From contig JAQGDQ010000675.1 of the NCBI GenBank assembly GCA_030141605.1, forward strand, positions 50,610 to 114,609: DNA of 64,000 nt, written 5' to 3'. Source of the DNA: Tubiluchus corallicola (lineage: Eukaryota; Animalia; Priapulida). This document shows, piece by piece, positions 53,121 through 64,000 of this stretch. The position numbers were made by a program, and so were the translations under genes. The notes under the pieces were generated by a model. The model made no database searches and had not been told where the DNA came from. It saw nothing but the letters and a program-made list of their open reading frames with translations. Every line of letters begins with the position of its first letter. Position 1 is the first letter of the stretch.

Positions 53121-56052
53121 GCTATTGCTGTTGCTGCTGTCGTTGCTGTTGCTATTGTTGTTGCCGTTACTGTTGTTGTTTTGTCGTTGTTATTGTTTAT
53201 TAATCATGCAGCTCAGTCAAACTACTAATCCTGCTTTTAAAACTGCCTTGGTTATGTAAATTAGTTTATAAAACATGAAATTAAATCGAATTTCGTCTAA
53301 ATGCACAGAAATCGAAAACTGTTCTGATTCCATTTGACATAAATTTAGCGGCAACTGCCAATTTTAAAATGTTACTACAGGTAGTACGGTTCGGAAATAA
53401 AACCAACGTAAATTTAAATTGGCAAAAGGCGTTTTTGTAATATGCTTATGACAATGACAGATTTATTTGTAATCATACAGACAATATTTTAACTGAATAT
53501 CAATGATTTTTCCACAACCGCTCAGTTTTCTACCAAGCCCTACCATGAATTTCTACTTCAAATTTGTAGTTTATTAATAATTACTCTGCACAGCGTTTAG
53601 AATTACTGCCCAGTTCTGACTAAGTTACAACATTGAGAAACATAATTGTAGATCTAATGTTCTGAGATCTCTTTTGCTTCCTAGTTGCTAAAGGATGAAG
53701 AAGGCCAAGGAGGTCCTGTATCACAGCGGCGGCAAACACACGTGTCTCCTCTACAGTAGCCAGTAGCGCAGTTTTGAAGCATGCAAGATGCAATACAAAC
53801 TACTCTAATACCATCTGGAATAAAAAGAAAATTAAATTGTAAATGAGCCTTTTCACAGTTTCGTTACACGCTCGCACAGTTGCTGTAGGTCAAAGGTTAA
53901 GTGTACCACAGCAACGCGTCTTAACTACAACTGTCACGTGACAAAGTTTCTTACGTTATAGTGTCTTACAACTTTAGTGTTTATTAATTAACTAGTTACT
54001 TACGGCGACATAAGAAACCACGCATTACTTGTTCATGGTCGACTGGCACTTCTTCATCTAAACAAATAAAGATTATTAAAACTTTCTTACAATTGCGATA
54101 AATATTTCAGTTTAAAGATCCGCATATCATTAATGTTTCCTTTTACTTAGACGCATCATAGTATAGGGAAAATGTACTCAGTTTGCAAATGTTTCTGCTG
54201 TTTGCGAATGTTTTGTTACTATTTCATTAGTATGGAATCTGAAGTCTAATGCACTTCTCGTAACCTATAAGGTATATGTCAGACCAATTATGGAATTTTG
54301 CATCCCTGCTTGGTCTCCATCCCATTATGGCGATATAGATATGCTGGAAAATGTTCAAAGATCTTTCACAGGTAGAGTTTTCTATAGATGTATTTGAAAC
54401 TACGTATTTTACCCCGAAAGACTTAAGTTACTAGGCTTAGAATCTCTTGAAGAAACGTATCTAAAAAACGAACTAGTCATATGTTATAATGTCATACACA
54501 AAGAAGTGGATTTAGCCTCTAACATGTTAGTCGTGCAATAACCGACAACATGGAGGGAGGGAATCTTCCCCTAAAATTATACGTTTGACGTTTTTCCAAA
54601 ACTAGTTTTGCTTATTATTTTTCAAATTGTAATTGTAATAGTACTTATATGGAATTCCTTACCATCTTATATAAATGGACATCTTTTAGTAACTGCCGTT
54701 CTTTTGCAAAGTTACTTTCTAGTCACCTTTTCATTACATTGTACGTAGGTGCTAGCACCATGGTATTGAACACATGTACTATTATTCTATTATCTAAAGA
54801 AATTTATTAAAGAATGGTAGCTTCGTTAATGGTTTGATGCACTCGCTGGGAAATTGGAGTGGGAGCTATTTCACTCTTGACCCCTCTGTGTAAACCTTGC
54901 ACAACGCCATTATTGGCAATTAACTTACTGCAATAAAAGCTACTGGTGTATATTCGATGGTATTAATCATATAATGTAATGTAACTACCATTTTTATTAT
55001 AAAAGTAAATTTACCAACATTAAAATACCTGCATTGTGTACAGCTTTGGCACGAGTGAGCACAGCTACGGCAGCCAGAACGGCTAATACGGCAAAGAGCT
55101 TATTCATTTTGAATGTAAGACCACGTCAGAGTAGTGAATACAGCTTATATATAGTACCAGAGTTTGACTTTCGCCTGCCGCATTCTTTATGACCTTCGCC
55201 TGCCGGATCTTGAAACTTGTCGTTAATAAGTTTCAGGAGAATATTTGTACAAGCAAAAATTTAATCGGTTTTGTGTGATGTGAATGACGAGAAATAATAT
55301 TATTTGTCGCCACAAGGATTGGCTTTGCGGTTTGTCAAATCTTACATCCCGCTGGTAAGATTTATTACTATTTCTTGTTTACACTTTTTCTTGTTTTTTA
55401 TTCAGTTATTTTGTTAATCAAATATTTGGTAGCTCAAACATATAAATCATGTAGGAACTAATATCTAGTACCTACTGATTAGTGACTTGACATTTTACGT
55501 GTTTTTTTAACACAGACAGATTTTTTTAAATGCCAAGACATTTTTCCTCGTATTCTATTCAGCCATACACGCAAGAGTTTTTTAAAACAATTTCGCAGGT
55601 CAGGTGCACTGGAAATTTTTTTTGAAGTTGCTACTGTGTAATTGACTGTTTTTATACCTGCTCAAATGGATGAAATTTTGCCATTCTTTAATTTATTTTC
55701 CGTTTTCTGAAGACCATGTTCCCTCTATTTCGGGGCAAGATAGTAAACAAGGGGGTCCTCAAGGCAAACACCTTAGACCATTCAGTTACCATATACCGTA
55801 AATAATTTTGATTAGTGAATTTAGGATAATTCTAAATAACCTTTGTGGACAAACAGCAAGAGATTCAAGCCCACAAGTGTACATTAAACGTAATAAGAAA
55901 AATTATGTATTCCAGAATAAGAAAACTTGGTAGCAACATCATATTGTAAACAAACACAGAAACTGCCAAGCTGTTGTTGTTGTTACTGTTGCATTTGCTG
56001 CTATTGTTCTTGTTGTTGTTGTTGCTACTGCTGCTGCTGATGTTGTTGTTGT

Positions 56053-56084
<32 letters not shown>

Positions 56085-59000
56085 TTGCTGTTGCTGTTGT
56101 TGTTGCTACTGTTGTTAGTGCTGGCGCTGCTGCTGTTATGTTGTTGCTGCTGCTGCTGTTGCTGTTGCTGCGGTGCTGCTGCTGCTGTTGCTGTTGCCAT
56201 TGCTGCTGCTGCTGCTGCTATTGCTGCTGTTGTTGCTGTTATTGTTGCTGTAGCTGTTGCCCTTTGCTGTTGTTGTTGTTATTGTTTTGTTGTTGTTGTT
56301 GTTTATTAATCAAGCAGCTCAGTCAAACTGCTAGTCCTGCTTTTAAAAATGCCTTGGTTCTGTAAATTAGTTTATAAAACATGAAATTAAATCGAATTTC
56401 GTCTAAATGCACAGAAATCGAAAACTGTTCTGATTCCATTTGACATAAATTTAGTGGCAACTGCCAATTTTTAAAATGTTACTACAGGTAGTACGGTTCG
56501 GAAATAAAACCAACGCAAAATTAAAGTGGCAAAAGACGTTTTTGTAATATGCTTATGACAACGACAGATTTATTTCTAATCATACAGACAATATTTTAAC
56601 TGAATATCAATGATTTTTCCACAACCGCCCAATTTTCTACCAAGCCCTACAATGAATTTCTACTTCAAATTTGTAGTTTATTAATAATTACTATGCATAA
56701 CGTTTAGAATTACTTCCCAGTTCTGACTAAGTTACAACATTGAGAAACATAATTGTAGATCTAATGTTCTGAGATCTCTTTTGCTTCCTGGCTGTTAGTG
56801 AAAGTTATCAAGGCCAAGAAGGTCCTCTATCACAGCGGCTGCAAACACACGTGTCTCCTCTACAGTAGCCAGTAGCGCAGTTTTGAACCATGCAAGATAA
56901 AATACAAGCTGTTCTACCACCATCTGGAATAAAAAGAAAATTAAATTGTAAATGAGCCTTTTCACAGTTTCGTTACACGCTCGCACAGTTGCTGTAGGTC
57001 AAAGGTTAAGTGTACCACAGCAACGCGTCTTAACTACAACTGTCACGTGACAAAGTTTCTTACGTTATAGTGTCTTACAACTTTAATGTTTATTAATTAA
57101 TCAATGAATTGTTTACTAGTTACTTACAGGGACATGATAAACCACGCTTTACTCGTTCATGGTCGACTGGCACTTCTTCATCTAAACAAATAAAGATTGT
57201 TAAAACCTTCTTACAATTGCGATAAATATTTCAATTTGAAGATACGAATCTCATTAATGTTTCTTTTTACTTAAACGCATCATAGTATAGGGAAAATGTA
57301 CTCAGTTTGCAAAGGTTTCTGCTGTTTGCAAATGTTTTGTTACTATTTCATTAGTATGGACTCTGAAGTCTAATGCACTTCTCGTAACCTATAAGGTATA
57401 TGTCAGACCAATTATGGAATATTGCTTCCCTGGCTGGTCTCCATCCCATTATGGCGAGCTGGAACATGTTCAAAGATCTTTCACAGGTAGAGTTTTCTAT
57501 AGATGTATTTGAAACTACGTATCTTACCCCGAAAGGCTTAAAACTTACTAGGCTTAGAATCTCTTGAAGAAACACATCTAAAAAACGATCTAGTCATATG
57601 TTATAATGTCATACACAAAGAAGTGGATTTAGCCTCTGACATGTTAGTCGTGCAATAACCGACAACATGGGGGGCGGGGGAATCCTCCCCTAAAATTATA
57701 CGTTCGACGTGTTTCCAAAACTGATTTTGCTCATTATTTTTCTACATTATTTTGCTATTATACAAATTGTAATTGTATAGTACTTATATGGAATTCCTTA
57801 CCATCTTATATAAATGGACATCTTTTAGTAACTGCCAGTAATAGCAAATTATTTCGGAAATGTTTAAATGCGTTGGATTTGTGTTACGATAAGCACATGT
57901 AAGCAAATTTCATTGTGTAATATTACTTTATTTAGAATATCCTGTAATGTTGTGAATCATCGTAAGGCGCACTTAAGCAGTGTATTTCTGTACGTCTCTT
58001 CCGTACCTTATGATTATTTAATTGATTGATAATGATTCAATTTCTTGTGGGTGTCAAATAAACTAAACAAAACTAAGTAACACTGACGAAGCTTCCAGTT
58101 TAGTGTTTCTTTCTTCCTATGTGTGGCGCTGCACACATGTTTCACAAATGACGCAGTAAACATATGGGTACTCTAGTTTCGCTCAGGGCGGTGCATTGTT
58201 AATACGGTAGGGGAAGTATTTTCCTTTCTGTATACACCGTTCTAGTTCGTACCATGCCCAAATATGCCCAGACATCAGTAGATCAGAAACGTTGTGACGG
58301 GGGTGGGGTGGAGGGGGGCAATTAGCTCCTTACAAGCGTTTCTCTAAGGGCGCTAACTTTGTACAGAGAGCACCAAAAAGGAAGGAAAAATTGCAAAACA
58401 AACATGTCTAGAAAACCCTGATTATTTTTAGTTAGTTGCCATATCTTGATAAATTACTATAATAAATCGTGACGTTACAAAATTCATTGCTATAGTTTAT
58501 TTCTAAGCTGAAATAATTTACTTTTAAGTTTAGTTGTGTGCTACAGCCGCTGCAGTCGATTACTGTGTGAGCACGGCTTTATTTTTGCCGTTTTTTGCAA
58601 AGTTGCCCTCTAGTCACCTTTTCATTACATTGTACGTAGGTGCTAGCACCATGGTATTGAACACATGTACTATTATTCTATTATCTAAAGAAATTTATTA
58701 AAGAATGGTAGCTTCCTTAATGGTTTGATGCACTCCGTTAGCTCTTCTAGCTGGAAAATTGGAGTGGGAACTACTTCACTCTTCACCCCTCTGTGTAAAA
58801 CCTTGCACAACGCCATTCATTGGCAATTAACTTACTGCATTAAAACCTATTCGATGGTATTAATCATATAATGTAATGTAACTACCATTATTATTATAAA
58901 AGTAAATTTAACAACATTAAAATACCTGCATTGTGTACAGCTTTGGCACGAGTGAGCACAGCTACGACAGCCAGAACGGCTAATACGGCAAAGAGCTTGT

Positions 59001-59190
59001 TCATTTTCAATGTAAGACCACGTCAGAGTAGTGAATACAACAACCTTCTGGTAAAAGTTTAATAATTTTTGATTAGTGAATTTAGGATAATTCTAAATAA
59101 CCTTTGTGGACAAACAGCAAGAGATTCAAGCCCACAAGTGTACATTAGACGTTACAAGAAAAATTATGTATTCGAGAATAAGAAAACTTG
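52830..59190 (+). repeat. Older direct segmental duplication (~52830-55930 vs ~55970-59190, with indels)
   Basis: Microsatellite, unique flank, MITE fragment and CR1 remnant recur in the same order about 3.1 kb apart, with scattered substitutions. Confidence 0.9.
54050..54700 (+). pseudogene. Decayed CR1-like RT 3' fragment (second copy ~57170-57900)
   Basis: 54251 onward reads ALLVTYKVYVRPIMEFCIPAWSPSHYGDIDMLENVQRSFT, matching the CR1-type YVRPxLEY...WSP...LExVQR motif. Confidence 0.7.
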
Positions 59191-60354
59191 AACGGATAAA
59201 ATTTCCAGTTGGTCAATAAGTTCAGAGGGTAAGTAAGTACGAAATTAAGTGAATAAGTTAAGTAAGTGCCAGTCGACCATGAACGAGTAAAGCGTGGTTT
59301 ATCATGTCCCTGTAAGTAACTAGTAAACAATTCATTGATTAATTAATAAACATTAAAGTTGTAAGACACTATAACGTAAGAAACTTTGTCACGTGACAGT
59401 TGTAGTTAAGACGCGTTGCTGTGGTACACTTAACCTTTGACCTACAGCAACTGTGCGAGCGTGTAACGAAACTGTGAAAAGGCTCATTTACAATTTAATT
59501 TTCTTTTTATTCCAGATGGTGGTAGAACAGCTTGTATTTTATCTTGCATGGTTCAAAACTGCGCTACTGGCTACTGTAGAGGAGACACGTGTGTTTGCAG
59601 CCGCTGTGATAGAGGACCTTCTTGGCCTTGATAACTTTCACTAACAGCCAGGAAGCAAAAGAGATCTCAGAACATTAGATCTACAATTATGTTTCTCAAT
59701 GTTGTAACTTAGTCAGAACTGGGAAGTAATTCTAAACGTTATGCATAGTAATTATTAATAAACTACAAATTTGAAGTAGAAATTCATTGTAGGGCTTGGT
59801 AGAAAATTGGGCGGTTGTGGAAAAATCATTGATATTCAGTTAAAATATTGTCTGTATGATTAGAAATAAATCTGTCGTTGTCATAAGCATATTACAAAAA
59901 CGTCTTTTGCCACTTTAATTTTGCGTTGGTTTTATTTCCGAACCGTACTACCTGTAGTAACATTTTAAAAATTGGCAGTTGCCACTAAATTTATGTCAAA
60001 TGGAATCAGAACAGTTTTCGATTTCTGTGCATTTAGACGAAATTCGATTTAATTTCATGTTTTATAAACTAATTTACAGAACCAAGGCATTTTTAAAAGC
60101 AGGACTAGCAGTTTGACTGAGCTGCTTGATTAATAAACAACAACAACAACAAAACAATAACAACAACAACAGCAAAGGGCAACAGCTACAGCAACAATAA
60201 CAGCAACAACAGCAGCAATAGCAGCAGCAGCAGCAGCAATGGCAACAGCAACAGCAGCAGCAGCACCGCAGCAACAGCAACAGCAGCAGCAGCAACAACA
60301 TAACAGCAGCAGCGCCAGCACTAACAACAGTAGCAACAACAACAGCAACAGCAA

Positions 60355-60386
<32 letters not shown>

Positions 60387-61627
60387 ACAACAACAACATC
60401 AGCAGCAGCAGTAGCAACAACAACAACAAGAACAATAGCAGCAAATGCAACAGTAACAACAACAACAGCTTGGCAGTTTCTGTGTTTGTTTACAATATGA
60501 TGTTGCTACCAAGTTTTCTTATTCTGGAATACATAATTTTTCTTATTACGTTTAATGTACACTTGTGGGCTTGAATCTCTTGCTGTTTGTCCACAAAGGT
60601 TATTTAGAATTATCCTAAATTCACTAATCAAAATTATTTACGGTATATGGTAACTGAATGGTCTAAGGTGTTTGCCTTGAGGACCCCCTTGTTTACTATC
60701 TTGCCCCGAAATAGAGGGAACATGGTCTTCAGAAAACGGAAAATAAATTAAAGAATGGCAAAATTTCATCCATTTGAGCAGGTATAAAAACAGTCAATTA
60801 CACAGTAGCAACTTCAAAAAAAATTTCCAGTGCACCTGACCTGCGAAATTGTTTTAAAAAACTGTTGCGTGTATGCTGAATAGAGTACGAGGAAAACTGT
60901 CTTGGCATAAAAAAATCTGTCTGTGTTAAAAAAACACGTAAAATGTCAAGTCACTAATCAGTAGGTACTAGATATTAGTTCCTACATGATTTATATGTTT
61001 GAGCTACCAAATATTTGATTAACAAAATAACTGAATAAAAAACAAGAAAAAGTGTAAACAAGAAATAGTAATAAATCTTACCAGCGGGATGTAAGATTTG
61101 ACAAACCGCAAAGCCAATCCTTGTGGCGACAAATAATATTATTTCTCGTCATTCACATCACACAAAACCGATTAAATTTTTGCTTGTACAAATATTCTCC
61201 TGAAACTTATTAACGACAAGTTTCAAGATCCGGCAGGCGAAGGTCATAAAGAATGCGGCAGGCGAAAGTCAAACTCTGGTACTATATATAAGCTGTATTC
61301 ACTACTCTGACGTGGTCTTACATTCAAAATGAATAAGCTCTTTGCCGTATTAGCCGTTCTGGCTGCCGTAGCTGTGCTCACTCGTGCCAAAGCTGTACAC
61401 AATGCAGGTATTTTAATGTTGGTAAATTTACTTTTATAATAAAAATGGTAGTTACATTACATTATATGATTAATACCATCGAATATACACCAGTAGCTTT
61501 TATTGCAGTAAGTTAATTGCCAATAATGGCGTTGTGCAAGGTTTACACAGAGGGGTCAAGAGTGAAATAGCTCCCACTCCAATTTCCCAGCGAGTGCATC
61601 AAACCATTAACGAAGCTACCATTCTTT
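54809..61627. repeat. Large inverted duplication: arms 54809-57175 and 59264-61627, ~2.1-kb spacer
   Basis: Mirror-identical ORFs in the track (55865/60574, 56795/59644) and direct reverse-complement reading of both ends. Confidence 0.95.
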
Positions 61628-63053
61628 CACAGGTAGAGTTTTCTATAGATGTATGGTTTCTCTTTTTTAGCTGTTATTAAACACAAGTAAGTACAGTGGT
61701 CTACATATAAATACGTATCTCTTTTTATTCAAGCTTTCTCGGTTCTGATTACTAAAGAAAGGATCATTTAGGAACCTCCGACATTCAGCGCTTCTCCTTC
61801 TTTATCAAATTTTTCTTAAAAGTTTCGCTGTGTCTTTTCAGCAATAAACAAACAGATTTTTTTATCTAATCAAAAGAACTAAAAAAAATCATAATAAGAC
61901 TTTTGTACAAAATTCACAAATGCATCTCTAAGTTACATTAAATAAAATAATAGAAACATAAACTTTAAAATCTAAAATTCTGAAATTATAATCTTTGATT
62001 TCTTTGTGAAATCTTTACATTTCTGTTCTTTAAATTTCTTATTAAAATTGCTGGATGCAAAGTAAAATAAAACAAATAAAAAAGTGAAAATTATTAAATA
62101 AAATATTAGTAAAAATATATGAGAAATGTTGACAGTAAGTTGAAAAATATAATTCTTTAGTTCTTTCGTCTAAATTTAAATGCAACGAAAGTAACAAATA
62201 TCTTAATTATTGATCAAAACATTGACTTAGCTCATTACTATTCTTAAGAGTTTATGTACAAGAAAACTCTCCATTTACATGAAGTTTAAAAAATTCGTCT
62301 TGAAATTTTATACCATTTACGTACTGCTTTTTTGCATACAGGGCTTGCGTCGGCAGTAACACTGCATAAAGCATGTAAATTTAACCTCCCGCGATGACCG
62401 TTAGACGCAGCCATTTTGACGATAAGTCTTTTGAAACAAGTTTAGATAACATCGTGTAAAGTTTGAAAAAATAATAAGAGCATTCGTAGCGCACACGTCA
62501 CTAGCTGAGTAAAATTTTAAATAACCGTATCTTGTCAATAAGATTAAAAATACGTTGGTGCACCCTGGAGGGTGAGTCAATGACATTTTACCAATTGGTG
62601 AAAATGTTTTAAATGATAAAAATTTTCTTTTCTAGTTACGTAAGTCTTTCCAGCAGATAAGCGAAATGCTAAATAATATAGATTTGCATGGAAAGTTTTT
62701 TTGCCACATAGTTTAACATTTCCTTTTCTTTCCCTGATTTACGTTGTGCGTAAGTGACGTCATGTAATGGCACGGTCGGAACAGTATTGGGGGAGATTTA
62801 AAATGGAAACAAAAATTCCTTTCAATACGAGTACGACATACGCATAAAATGCTGTAAAGTAATATAATTTCTTAAGGCGATTTTTCTGAAACTTTCTTCA
62901 GGTACCCCTTTCTTGTCCTTCAAGACACTGTAACTGCATGACTTGTCTTGCGTAACTGCTAATCTGAAGTCACTGTAAAGGTCTATTTTCACATGAATAA
63001 TTGATTTTGTTACTTGTATGCTTTGTATAGTCATGTAAGCTTATATATACATA

Positions 63054-64000
63054 AGTGAGTCCCTATGATTGCAGCCTCAGTGAGTCCCTATGATTGTAGC
63101 CTCAGTGAGTCCCTATGATTGTAGCCCCAGTGAGTCCCTATGATTGTAGCCTCAGTGAGTCCCTATGATTGTAGCCCCAGTGAGTCCCTATGATTGTAGC
63201 CCCAGTGAATTCCTGTGATTGTAGCCTCAGTGAGTCCCTATGATTGTAGCCCCAGTGAGTCCCTGTGGTTGTAGCCCCAGTGAGTCCCTATGATTATAGC
63301 CTCAGTGAGGCCTTGTGATTGTAGCCCCAGTGAGTCCCTATGATTGTAGCCCCAGTGAGTCCCTATGATTGTAGCCTCAGTGACTCCCTATGATTGTATT
63401 CAGTGAGTCCTTGTGATTGTAGCCCCAGTGAGTCCCTATGATTGTAGCCTCAGTGAGTCCCTATGATTGTAGCCTCAGTGAGTCCCTATGATTGTATTCA
63501 GTGAGTCCTTGTGATTGTAGCCCCAGTGAGTCCCTATGATTGTAGCTTCAGTGAGTCACTGTGACTGTAGCCCCAGTGAGTCCCTATGATTGTAGCCTCA
63601 GTGAGTCCTTGTGATTGTAGCCCCAGTGAGTCCATGTGATTGTAGCCCCAGTGAGTCCCTTTGATTGTAGCCTCAGTGAGTCCCTATGATTGTAGCCTCA
63701 GTGAGTCCATGTGATTGTAGCCCCAGTGAGTCCCTATGATTGTAGCCCCAGTGAGTCCCTATGATTGTAGCCTCAGTGAGTCCCTATGATTGTAGCCTCA
63801 GTGAGTCCCTGTGATTGTAGCCCCAGTGAGTCCCTATGATTGTAGCCCCAGTGAGTCCCTATGATTGTAGCCTCAGTGAGTCCCTATGATTGTAGCCTCA
63901 GTGAGTCCTTGTGATTGTAGCCCCAGTGAGTCCCTGTGATTGTAGCCCCAGTGAGTCCCTATGATTGTAGCCTCAGTGAGTCCCTATGATTGTAGCCTCA
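63054..64000. repeat. 25-bp minisatellite running off the window end
   Basis: Unit agtgagtccctatgattgtagcc(t/c)c, with no spacers. Confidence 0.95.

Noticed and set aside
56795-59644. Identical 63-aa ORF pair suggesting a duplicated small gene
   Set aside because: It begins within a MITE fragment at a non-ATG codon, and the third copy at 53690-53875 is altered at its end. The identity is explained by the inverted duplication.
63054-64000. CRISPR-like regular array
   Set aside because: The 25-bp units are contiguous with no unique spacers, there are no cas genes, and the context is eukaryotic. The same applies to the 23-bp and 49-bp arrays.

Overview
This is AT-rich animal (probably invertebrate) genomic DNA, not prokaryotic: there are no operons or CRISPR arrays. 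Three protein-coding genes are supportable, all on the minus strand. (1) A CES-2-like PAR-bZIP transcription factor (6590-7120). (2) An intronless ~713-aa type I membrane protein with a signal peptide, LDLa modules, four tandem TSP1+EGF-like units and a C-terminal TM helix (11351-13492). (3) A CCDC85-family gene that I reconstructed by eye from five phase-compatible coding exons (44539-43849, 25586-25495, 21850-21776, 20670-20572, 19819-19739; 345 aa); the ORF track shows only parts of it. The rest is dense in mobile DNA: a 5'-truncated L2/CR1-group LINE with an intact RT ORF, RTE, CR1 and Gypsy remnants, a full-length 5S-rRNA-headed SINE with an 11-bp TSD, and many MITE families (hAT, TA-flanked, TTAA-flanked, foldback). 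There is also a Penelope-like palindrome with a hammerhead core, several minisatellites, and a complex direct-plus-inverted segmental duplication at ~52.8-61.7 kb. The best candidates for something undescribed are the LDLa-(TSP1-EGF-like)x4 receptor, the 5S SINE, and a MITE family carrying DR1-type nuclear-receptor sites at both ends. All calls come from reading the sequence; no searches were run.
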